From UHGV virus genome UHGV-0213290: a stretch of DNA of 36,987 nt. One strand, given 5' to 3'. Positions 18,928 through 27,429 of this stretch are shown piece after piece; positions within the stretch are counted from its first letter, which is position 1, and each line of letters opens with the position of its first letter. This DNA comes from a virus. Under the pieces are notes generated by a model. That model was not told the DNA's origin. It saw only the letters and a program-made list of their open reading frames with translations, and ran no database searches. The translations under genes and the position numbers were made by a program.

Positions 18928-19479
18928 ATGAAAACAGAATTTTTAAAAGGACTTGGATTGGAGCAGGATGTCATTGATAAAATCATGGCAGAGAACGGGA
19001 AAGACATTGCCGCTGAAAAGGCAAAGACTACCAAAGCAGAGGGGGAGCGTGACAATTATAAGAGTCAGCTTGAGACCACAACGGAATCTTTGGAAAAGTT
19101 TAAAGATGTTGACCCAACAGCTATGCAGGGAGAAATTGATAAGCTGAATCAGCAGCTGAAAGACAAGGATGCTGAGTATGCCGCTAAAGAAGCGGATCGC
19201 ATCTTTTCCGACACGATCAAAGAAGCAATCAAGACAGCCGGGGGACGCAATGAAAAAGCGGTCATGGCTATGCTTGATATTGACGCTTTGAAAGGATCGA
19301 AAAACCAGTCTGAGGACATCAAGAAAGCATTGGAAACCGTAAAGGAATCTGATGCTTATTTATTTGGTTCTAATGAACCATTCATGAACGCAGTCGGAGC
19401 AACAGGAGGCGGTGCTGATGTTGGCGGAGATAATATGTCAGCAATCAGAGCGGCCATGGGGCTTCCGGCAGAAAAATAA
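18928..19479 (+). CDS. Scaffolding protein
   Basis: Coiled-coil Lys/Glu-rich protein just upstream of the major capsid gene; ribosome-binding site AAAGGAGAATGG; ATG 18928 preferred over 18907, which contains the ribosome-binding site. Confidence 0.7.
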   Translation: MKTEFLKGLGLEQDVIDKIMAENGKDIAAEKAKTTKAEGERDNYKSQLETTTESLEKFKDVDPTAMQGEIDKLNQQLKDKDAEYAAKEADRIFSDTIKEAIKTAGGRNEKAVMAMLDIDALKGSKNQSEDIKKALETVKESDAYLFGSNEPFMNAVGATGGGADVGGDNMSAIRAAMGLPAEK

Positions 19480-19504
19480 TTTTGAAAGAATGAGGTAATA
19501 AGAT

Positions 19505-20362
19505 ATGGCGAACACAATTGCATTAAGAAAAGCATACTCTACGATGTTGGACGAAGTTTACAAGCTGGCATCTTTGACAGCGGTTTTGGATGGTCCGAAT
19601 GAGCTTGTGAGAGAGGGTGCAAACGCAAATGAAATTTTGATTCCGAAAATGACGATGTCCGGTCTTGCAAATTACAATAAGCAGACAGGATATGTTGCAG
19701 GTGACGTGACACTTGAGTACGAGACTAAGAAATGTACTTATGATCGAGGCCGTATGTTCACTGTGGACGCTATGGACAATATCGAGTCTGCAGGTGTTGC
19801 CTTCGGACGTCTTTCTGGAGAATTTTTGAGAACACAGGTTGTTCCGGAGCTTGACGCTTGGAGACTTGCATCTTATGCAGGATACGCACTATCTGCTAAT
19901 AAAGTGGCAGCAGCGATTGCAGATGCGAAAGCCGGAATTGCAGCAATTAGAAAAGGCAAGACTGCTATTAAAAATGCGGAGGCAAAGCCGGAAACCTGTT
20001 ATCTGTATATCTCTGCCGCACTCAAAGGGGATATTGAGGACCTTGATACAACGGCATCCAAGAAAGTTCTGGAAGGCTGGGCTGGAGTGATTGAAGTTCC
20101 TGAGGGAAGATTTTTCGACAAAGTCACGTTGACAGCATCTGGAGACGGCGGCTTTACAACAACAGGCGGCAAGAAGATTGATTTCTTGATTGTTGACAAG
20201 AATGCAGTAATCCAGAATCAGAAGCACACTGTATCTAAGATCATCACACCGGATCAGAACCAGGATGCAGATGCTTGGAAGTTCGGATATCGTACCGTAG
20301 GTATCGCAGAGGCGAAAGATAACAAGAAAGTGGCTATCTATGTACATACTGCAGAGGAGTAG
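19505..20362 (+). CDS. Major capsid protein
   Basis: 285 aa, follows scaffold; sequence character typical of Firmicutes siphovirus major capsid proteins. Confidence 0.8.
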   Translation: MANTIALRKAYSTMLDEVYKLASLTAVLDGPNELVREGANANEILIPKMTMSGLANYNKQTGYVAGDVTLEYETKKCTYDRGRMFTVDAMDNIESAGVAFGRLSGEFLRTQVVPELDAWRLASYAGYALSANKVAAAIADAKAGIAAIRKGKTAIKNAEAKPETCYLYISAALKGDIEDLDTTASKKVLEGWAGVIEVPEGRFFDKVTLTASGDGGFTTTGGKKIDFLIVDKNAVIQNQKHTVSKIITPDQNQDADAWKFGYRTVGIAEAKDNKKVAIYVHTAEE

Positions 20363-20380
20363 AAATAGGAGTTGATGTAA

Positions 20381-20761
20381 ATGAACTTGTATGCGGATTA
20401 TATATTTTACGTCTCTGAATATAGGGGAAATTTAACAGATGAAGAATTTGATAAATCTGTTATTCCAGCATCAGCTTATGTCCGAAGGATTACCTTCGGG
20501 CGCGCTGATGACAACATGGAAATGGAAGAGGTAAAACTTGCTACTTGTGCCGTCTGCGAATTGTTGGCAAATGATGAAAAAGTCAGAAGCAAACACTTAG
20601 GACGTGCGGTCACATCCGAGAATACGGATGGATATTCTGTCAGCTTTGAAAGTGGAGGGAATGGAGAGACAGCGGATGATCTGTTGCATAAAAAGATGTA
20701 TAATACGGCAGCACTCTTTCTTGACCCGACTGGTCTCTTATGTATGGGGGTAGAATCATGA
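20381..20761 (+). CDS. Head-tail connector / DNA-packaging gp6-like protein
   Basis: Position and size. Confidence 0.5.
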   Translation: MNLYADYIFYVSEYRGNLTDEEFDKSVIPASAYVRRITFGRADDNMEMEEVKLATCAVCELLANDEKVRSKHLGRAVTSENTDGYSVSFESGGNGETADDLLHKKMYNTAALFLDPTGLLCMGVES

Positions 20762-21093
20762 TAACCAACACAGATGCAACACTGTACAGAAGAAAGTACA
20801 ACTCTGAAACCAGACTGGATGAGTGGGAGCGAGCTTACATACCTGAGGTATGGTGGTATAAAAATGAAAAGTCGCAGATCACGACAGATGGGTTAAAGCA
20901 AGCAGACACTTACACAGCCAGAATCCCGGATACGAACATAGAAATCAAGAAAGACGATTACCTTGTAAAAGGAGATTGCAAGGTTGACATGCAGACAATC
21001 AAGGACTTGGACGGACTGGACAAGACTAGAATTACATCTGCAAACTACAATGCTTTTGGCGGCAATCCGCATATTAAGGTGGTGGGAGTGTAG
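20758..21093 (+). CDS. Head closure / head-tail adaptor protein
   Basis: ATGA overlap, ribosome-binding site ATGGGGG; position. Confidence 0.5.
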   Translation: MITNTDATLYRRKYNSETRLDEWERAYIPEVWWYKNEKSQITTDGLKQADTYTARIPDTNIEIKKDDYLVKGDCKVDMQTIKDLDGLDKTRITSANYNAFGGNPHIKVVGV

Positions 21094-21482
21094 TGGCAAA
21101 AGGAAAGAAGAAATTTAAGATTGAGACACCGAGAGGTGTAATTTATACGCAAGCAACAAAAGGTGGAAAAGTGACGGCAAGGCTTGACTGGAATCCCAGC
21201 TTTAAGCCAAGTATGGAATCCGGTTTTGCAAACGCACAGTCTTTCGTGGACTCTGAATGCATCCGGCGCATGAACCCGGAGACTCCAAGACGGACAGAAG
21301 TACTTGTTAAGTCAGCAACCCTTGGCACCGTAATTGGAAGTGGTGAGATCAACCAGATTGCACCTTATGCACGTAGACAGTATTACGAGCACAAGGAAAA
21401 ATCACGATGGTTTGAGCGCATGAAAAACCGCCACAAAGACTCTATCCTGAAAGGAGCAGCTAAGTATGTCAAATCTCATTGA
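21093..21482 (+). CDS. Tail completion / neck protein (HK97 gp10-like position)
   Basis: GTG start overlapping the upstream TAG; position. Confidence 0.5.
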   Translation: MAKGKKKFKIETPRGVIYTQATKGGKVTARLDWNPSFKPSMESGFANAQSFVDSECIRRMNPETPRRTEVLVKSATLGTVIGSGEINQIAPYARRQYYEHKEKSRWFERMKNRHKDSILKGAAKYVKSH

Positions 21483-21885
21483 CAGCGTCAGATCATACAT
21501 TCTCACATGTCCGTTTTTAAGTGATGGACGTGTAAATGTGGACTACATTGGAACGGATATGGGGTACTCTGTCGACCCTCTCCCTTGCGACCCGATCATG
21601 CAGAGATACATGGACGGTGGGGCAAAGAAGCAGTTCCAATTCGCATTTACAAGCCAAGAAGAATATGACCAAGACGCGCGAATTAACATTGAAAACAGTG
21701 GATTCTTCCAGAGCTTCGAAGAGTGGTTGGAACAGCAGAGTTTCAATGACAACCTCCCAAAACTCGAAGAAAAGAAGAACCCAATATCAATCGAAACTTT
21801 AAACAGTGGTTACTTGTACGATATCAACGAGGAAAAAGCTAAGTATCGTATTGAGTGCCGCTTAATTTATACGCAGGAGGTATAA
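21466..21885 (+). CDS. Tail component (tail terminator-like)
   Basis: Position directly upstream of the major tail gene. Confidence 0.5.
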   Translation: MSNLIDSVRSYILTCPFLSDGRVNVDYIGTDMGYSVDPLPCDPIMQRYMDGGAKKQFQFAFTSQEEYDQDARINIENSGFFQSFEEWLEQQSFNDNLPKLEEKKNPISIETLNSGYLYDINEEKAKYRIECRLIYTQEV

Positions 21886-21887
21886 AC

Positions 21888-22412
21888 ATGGCAGAAACAG
21901 CACCAAAATTAGTAGGCAGACATTTGCGTGTGGCATTCATGAACACGGATGCAACGGGCAGCTCTCCGAAATTTGAAAGAATGACCAATTTTACCGCAAT
22001 GACAAACGGGAAAAACCCGAAAGAGTATTCCAGACAGTACGTGGATGAAAGCACCGAGAGATCAGATGTAGTTGGATATGCTCCGGCTACAGAGTACTCT
22101 TTTGATATGTATGCAGGGAATCCTGTACATGAGCGAATTGCAAAAATCCATGACGGTGAGAAAGTTGCGGATGATGCACATGTGGAAGTGGTCACGGTGG
22201 ATTTTTACAAAAAGAACACGAAAGGTGACAAGTGTTACGCAACAAAGAGAACTTACGCAGTTATCCCGGATTCGGACGGAGATGGAACAGACGCATTGGT
22301 TTACAATGGATCGCTGAAAGCTGTATCCGATCTTGAGGAAGGATACGTTACGGAAACTGACATTACATCCAAGACAGTTACTTACGCCAAGGGAGATTAC
22401 ATGGGGGAGTAG
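21888..22412 (+). CDS. Major tail protein
   Basis: Ribosome-binding site AGGAGG; ATG 21888 rather than 21855; position before the chaperone pair and tape measure. Confidence 0.7.
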   Translation: MAETAPKLVGRHLRVAFMNTDATGSSPKFERMTNFTAMTNGKNPKEYSRQYVDESTERSDVVGYAPATEYSFDMYAGNPVHERIAKIHDGEKVADDAHVEVVTVDFYKKNTKGDKCYATKRTYAVIPDSDGDGTDALVYNGSLKAVSDLEEGYVTETDITSKTVTYAKGDYMGE

Positions 22413-22467
22413 CTGCCGCCGATTTTAAGGCGGTAAAAAATACGAGAAAGAATAGGAGAGTGAGCCA

Positions 22468-22833
22468 ATGAGCCAGTGGAAATGGAACGATGTAGAACTT
22501 GAAATAGATATGGATGACGTAGAGTTTTTGGAAAGATACGAAAAAGTATTTGAAAGCATTGAGCCGAGAGAGAAGAACCTTGAAAAGGTTGGGAAGATAT
22601 CGGAAATAACCAGAGAATATTGTTTGTTGTTTTATGATATTTTTGACGGAATTTTCGAGGAAGGTACTTCTGAAAAACTTTTTGACGGGAAAATGAATTT
22701 GAGAGTTTGCGAAGAGTGCTATGATTCGTTCATTGCTGTATGTGAAAAAGAAATCAATGCCGTAAATAAGAGACGGAACTCTGTTGTTAGCAAATACACA
22801 CCGAATAGAGCACAGAGACGGGCGAAGAAATAA
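22468..22833 (+). CDS. Tail assembly chaperone (gpG-like)
   Basis: Acidic ~120-aa protein between the major tail and tape measure genes. Confidence 0.6.
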   Translation: MSQWKWNDVELEIDMDDVEFLERYEKVFESIEPREKNLEKVGKISEITREYCLLFYDIFDGIFEEGTSEKLFDGKMNLRVCEECYDSFIAVCEKEINAVNKRRNSVVSKYTPNRAQRRAKK

Positions 22834-23417
22834 TGAACTTTTTTTATGAAGAGTTACCGAGCACAGTAAATGTAAGAGGGGAAAATATCAAGGTTATTAC
22901 GGATTTCCGTGAATACATCAGGCTTTTGGACATGTTGAAAGACCAAGAGCTTGATGCTCTCCAAAAATTCGCGATCATACAGCAGTATTTTATTGATGAT
23001 GTAGTTGCAGATGAAGAAGCTATAAGCGCATTGTCCCACTTTATAACGATGGATACAAACTGTGCAAAGGTTGCGGAGACAGGTGATTGTGAAGAACCGC
23101 AAGAAAAGTTGCAAGAAAAGCCGAAGAAAAATTTATTCTCGTACTCCATTGATTATCCATATATATTATCCGGCTTTCTCAGAGATTATGGAATTGATTT
23201 AATCGACATTAAATATATGCATTGGTGGAAATTCCGGATGCTTTTTGATGGTTTGTCTGACGATACAGAGATTAAACAGCGAATAATGTACCGCAGTGTT
23301 GATTTATCGGAAATTAAAGACAAAGAAGAGAAAAAACGAATTAAAAAGATCCAGAAATCAATTCAATTGCCATCTGAGAGCCTGACGGATTATGATATCG
23401 GAAATGCTTTTATGTGA
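22833..23417 (+). CDS. Phage Gp15-family protein (second tail chaperone, gpT analogue)
   Basis: Own ATG overlapping the upstream stop codon (TAATG); in the -1 frame relative to gpG. Confidence 0.55.
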   Translation: MNFFYEELPSTVNVRGENIKVITDFREYIRLLDMLKDQELDALQKFAIIQQYFIDDVVADEEAISALSHFITMDTNCAKVAETGDCEEPQEKLQEKPKKNLFSYSIDYPYILSGFLRDYGIDLIDIKYMHWWKFRMLFDGLSDDTEIKQRIMYRSVDLSEIKDKEEKKRIKKIQKSIQLPSESLTDYDIGNAFM

Positions 23418-23425
23418 GGTGACAG

Positions 23426-23581
23426 ATGAGTTGTAAAATTAAAAAACCATCACTTGAGAGAAAGTGGTATAAGTGTCCTTTTTGCGGGTGCAAGCTATTG
23501 ATTTATAACAACAATTCCGTTTGCACCAATGCATTTATCAAGTGCCGGACGTGCAAAAAAGAAGTAGAGATTAAGATTTAA
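23426..23581 (+). CDS. Zinc-ribbon protein of the Cys-rich KTR type (51 aa)
   Basis: WYKCPFCGCK...CTNAFIKCRTCKKEVEIKI: two CxxC pairs with the architecture of Cys_rich_KTR proteins; ribosome-binding site GAGGTGA. Confidence 0.45.
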   Translation: MSCKIKKPSLERKWYKCPFCGCKLLIYNNNSVCTNAFIKCRTCKKEVEIKI

Positions 23582-23632
23582 GCACTTTAAATTGAGCCAT
23601 TGAGCCTGTGCTATCCATAAAGGAGGGATAGT

Positions 23633-25963
23633 ATGGGTTATGATGGCTCATTAAAATTTAACACAGAAATAAACGAATCCAGATTCAATTCAGGAATTTC
23701 CAAACTTGGCAGTGTTGCAAGTGGTGGATTGAAAGTGATTGCCGGATCAGTAGCTGGAGTTGCCGCAGCATTTGGGGCAGTGTCTAAAATGTCTCTTGAT
23801 TCCGTTGCAAGCTTGGAACAGAACATAGGCGGTGTTGAGACGCTGTTTAAAGATAGCGCGCAGACAGTGATCGATAACGCAAACAATGCGTATAAGACAG
23901 CTGGTGTATCCGCAAATAAGTACATGGAGACTGTAACAAGCTTTTCTGCATCACTTTTACAAGGACTCGGAAACAATACCGCAGAAGCCGCCAGAATAGC
24001 AGACATGGCAATGGTGGACATGTCAGACAATGCGAATAAATTTGGTTCCAACATGACTGATATTCAAAATGCTTATCAGGGATTTGCGAAGCAGAACTAC
24101 ACAATGTTGGATAACCTGAAGCTTGGATATGGTGGAACGCAGGCTGAAATGATACGCTTGATTAATGATAGCGGCATTTTGAACGAGAAAATAGAAAATC
24201 TCGACAATGTGTCATTTGATCAGATCATTCAGGCAATCCACAAGATTCAGGAAAATATGGGTATTGCCGGAACGACAAGCGCAGAAGCATTGACTACCAT
24301 AGAGGGTTCTGTGCAATCCGCAAAAGCCGCGTTTGACAACTTTTTAAATGGTTCAAGTTCCCCACAGGAGTTGGCAGACGCTGTAAAGGCTGCGGCTGAA
24401 AATATAACAAATAATTTGATGCAGATTGTTCCAAGACTTGCAAAAGAACTCCCAGAGGTTGGAAACCTGTTGATGGACAGTCTTTCGCAGTCACTTAACT
24501 CTGGAAAACTCGGAGAAATGATGCAGATCGGTGGACAAGTCATTTCCAACATAACAACTGGAATTATACAAGCATTGCCCGGAATTGTAACTGCATCAGC
24601 GCAGATTATAAGCTCATTTGCACAAAATATCAGCACCAGCATACCTCAGCTATTATCATCCGGAATTCAGATCATACAGGCAATAATAAATGGGATGATG
24701 CAGGTATTACCGTCTGTTGGCTTGCTTATAACTCAACTTATTACAACTCTATACGAGCAGATAACATCTCAGGGGCCAAGTTTGTTGCAGCAAGGCTATG
24801 AATTGTTAAGCAATCTGATTGATGGATTCGTAAAGGCAATTCCAGAAGCGTTGCCGAAAGTGCTTGATTTCATACAGGGCATTGGAGAAAAGCTCGCAGA
24901 AGCTGCACCAGTGATGATTCAAAAAGGATTTGAGTTGTTGCAGAAATTGGTAGAAGGAATTGTGAGTGCAATACCGATATTGATTGAGCGAGTTCCGGAA
25001 ATTATTTCGACATTCGCAAACATAATCAATGATAATTTCCCTACAATCCTGATGAAGGGTGCTGAATTACTTGGTCAGTTGGCGCTCGGACTTATTCAGG
25101 CAATACCGACTCTGATTGCAAATATTCCACAGATTATAGCAGCTATCGTTGATACATTAATGGCGTTCCAGTGGTTGAATCTTGGTAAAACCATTATAAC
25201 CGCATTAGGAAACGGAATTAAATCTATGGTTGGTTTCGTCACAGAATGCGGAAAAAGCATATTGAACGGAATCAAATCATCTGTTCAAAATTTGCCAACT
25301 TTATTGCGCGATATCGGTCGAACTGCAATGACTGGGTTTTCTAATGTGATACAAACTTCAATCGTTGCAGTAAAAAATGCCGCTTCGAATATTGTAAGTA
25401 CTATCGTAAGTACAATCTCTTCCATTCCCGGACAGATGGCTTCTATCGGCAGCAATATTGTTCAGGGGCTGTGGAATGGAATATCCAACATGACGGGATG
25501 GATCATTGATAAAATAGGTGGATTCGCTGATAGTGTAGTTACAGCTATTTGTGATTTTTTTGGTATAAAATCACCGTCCAGAGTTATGCGAGATCAGGTT
25601 GGTAAGTATCTTGCAATGGGAGTTGGCGTTGGATATGAAGAGTACATGCCGTATGAAGAAATGAAAAAAGTATCCGGTAAGGTGGTGTCGCAGTTGTCCG
25701 CATCTGTGAGTGGTGTAACGTTATCAGTGCCGGAAAGCGCTGGAAGTCAAACGTACCAGAAAAGCGTTGGAATTCAAAAAGCCAACAACAACGATGATCT
25801 AATCTACGCAGTAGATCGATTATCCAGACTCGCAAACCGGCCGCTTGAAATTATCAATAAAATTGATTCTGTTGAGACGTCCAGAGTACTTGCGACACCA
25901 ATGGAAAAACAAATAGAAAAGAATTCGAGTTTTCGGAAGATGTTAGGAGGGGATAGAAATTGA
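23633..25963 (+). CDS. Tail tape measure protein
   Basis: 776 aa, Gly/Ala/Ile/Gln-rich repetitive helical sequence. Confidence 0.9.
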   Translation: MGYDGSLKFNTEINESRFNSGISKLGSVASGGLKVIAGSVAGVAAAFGAVSKMSLDSVASLEQNIGGVETLFKDSAQTVIDNANNAYKTAGVSANKYMETVTSFSASLLQGLGNNTAEAARIADMAMVDMSDNANKFGSNMTDIQNAYQGFAKQNYTMLDNLKLGYGGTQAEMIRLINDSGILNEKIENLDNVSFDQIIQAIHKIQENMGIAGTTSAEALTTIEGSVQSAKAAFDNFLNGSSSPQELADAVKAAAENITNNLMQIVPRLAKELPEVGNLLMDSLSQSLNSGKLGEMMQIGGQVISNITTGIIQALPGIVTASAQIISSFAQNISTSIPQLLSSGIQIIQAIINGMMQVLPSVGLLITQLITTLYEQITSQGPSLLQQGYELLSNLIDGFVKAIPEALPKVLDFIQGIGEKLAEAAPVMIQKGFELLQKLVEGIVSAIPILIERVPEIISTFANIINDNFPTILMKGAELLGQLALGLIQAIPTLIANIPQIIAAIVDTLMAFQWLNLGKTIITALGNGIKSMVGFVTECGKSILNGIKSSVQNLPTLLRDIGRTAMTGFSNVIQTSIVAVKNAASNIVSTIVSTISSIPGQMASIGSNIVQGLWNGISNMTGWIIDKIGGFADSVVTAICDFFGIKSPSRVMRDQVGKYLAMGVGVGYEEYMPYEEMKKVSGKVVSQLSASVSGVTLSVPESAGSQTYQKSVGIQKANNNDDLIYAVDRLSRLANRPLEIINKIDSVETSRVLATPMEKQIEKNSSFRKMLGGDRN

Positions 25964-27429
25964 GCCTATCAGTAAAATTTGACGATCAGGAACTCGGGCG
26001 ATACTTAAGTGTATTGTCCGGGTTCTCTCCGTTTAGCGGAGTAAATAGAGAGTCGGAACTCCTTGACGGAGCAGAAAGTGCAAAAGGAGAGGATTTTGGC
26101 TACATAACATATAAATCAAAGACGCTTGAAATGCCCTTTGAAATTAAAGGCGATATCTTGGCAAGCTATGACGCGATTCAGAAAATCCTGAACGTCACAG
26201 AGCCGAAAAGGCTTGTGTTTGGGAATTATCCGGATCGCTATTTTTATGCTGTCCCTGACGGTAATTTTGATATAACACAGGTTGCAATGTTTGGGAAAGG
26301 CACGATCACATGGCTCATTCCGGATGGGGTAGCGTACTCAACCGCAGAATTTACCTTTGACGGAGTACAGGAAGACGGCTACCAGACCATAACCATTAAA
26401 AACAACGGCACCGAATGGGCGGATGTGGACTATGAGATCACGCACCAGCACGAAAACGGCTTTATCGGACTGGTTAGTCAGTATGGAGTGATCCAGCTCG
26501 GCAAGCAAGAAGAGACAGACGGAGAGAATTACGAAGCATCTGAAGAACTGTTTAACGGTTATAGCTTGTTTCAGGACGATCGCGGCACCTCTTATCAGAA
26601 TCCAGAAAATACCACACAGGGAACACTCGAAGTCAAGAATGTTGCCGGATATAACGTCATGGCATTAAAAGGTGGACAGGCAACATCCGGATACTGGAAC
26701 GGTGGAATGAAAACCCTTACTATCCCGGTGGACAGCGAGGGCAGACGTGGAGCGAAGAACTTTTACTGTTACACCCAGCACTGGTTCGAGACTGGATTGA
26801 TGGGACAGACGGGAGCACAGACTATTGCGTTTCTTACAAGGAAAAATGAAGTGATCTGCTCCATGTCTATTAACAAGAGTGATGCCACAGGTAATACGGC
26901 GCGTATCGAGTGGTTTGCCCCAGGGAACACCTTGCTCAGACGGGAAGAGTTCCAGCCGACAGCCTACGAGGGCAATCCGTTTAACCTAAAAATGGGATGC
27001 CACAACGACTTTTTAAAAGAGGGAGAAAAGCTGCGGATTTTCTGGTATGGAAGTTATATGGAGCGAAACATACCAGAGATTAAGGATATGGAATGCGAAA
27101 AAATCCAGATCTGGATCGGGCAGTGGGGAGACAGAAACCTCACGAACCAGTACGTCACGCACAATTATTTAAAAAGTATCTGGTTCCGTAAGGATAACGT
27201 GGAAAAATACCGAGATGTGCCGAACCGGTATCGTGCTGGAGATGTGGTGTCCATAAATGGAGAGAGTACAAAGGTCTATGTTAACGGGATGCCGGCAAAA
27301 AGAGATGAGATTGATGGATCTAATTATCCAAAAGTTCCGCCCGGAACAACGGAAGTACAGTTCTGCTACTCTTCTTTCTCTGCTCCGCCGCCACAGATTA
27401 AAGCAAAAATACGGGAGGTTTACTTGTAA
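25960..27429 (+). CDS. Distal tail protein (Dit), extended form
   Basis: Immediately after the tape measure gene; 489 aa is longer than a minimal Dit, suggesting a carbohydrate-binding insertion. Confidence 0.7.
   Translation: MSLSVKFDDQELGRYLSVLSGFSPFSGVNRESELLDGAESAKGEDFGYITYKSKTLEMPFEIKGDILASYDAIQKILNVTEPKRLVFGNYPDRYFYAVPDGNFDITQVAMFGKGTITWLIPDGVAYSTAEFTFDGVQEDGYQTITIKNNGTEWADVDYEITHQHENGFIGLVSQYGVIQLGKQEETDGENYEASEELFNGYSLFQDDRGTSYQNPENTTQGTLEVKNVAGYNVMALKGGQATSGYWNGGMKTLTIPVDSEGRRGAKNFYCYTQHWFETGLMGQTGAQTIAFLTRKNEVICSMSINKSDATGNTARIEWFAPGNTLLRREEFQPTAYEGNPFNLKMGCHNDFLKEGEKLRIFWYGSYMERNIPEIKDMECEKIQIWIGQWGDRNLTNQYVTHNYLKSIWFRKDNVEKYRDVPNRYRAGDVVSINGESTKVYVNGMPAKRDEIDGSNYPKVPPGTTEVQFCYSSFSAPPPQIKAKIREVYL

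Noticed and set aside
22468-23417. Possible -1 programmed frameshift fusing the tail chaperone (gpG-like) to the downstream Gp15 ORF
   Set aside because: The downstream ORF is in the -1 frame, but that frame is closed by stops at 22767, 22788 and 22806 and opens only about 25 nt before the gpG stop codon. There is no X-XXY-YYZ slippery heptamer in that interval, and the downstream ATG overlaps the stop codon as TAATG, so translational coupling is more likely.
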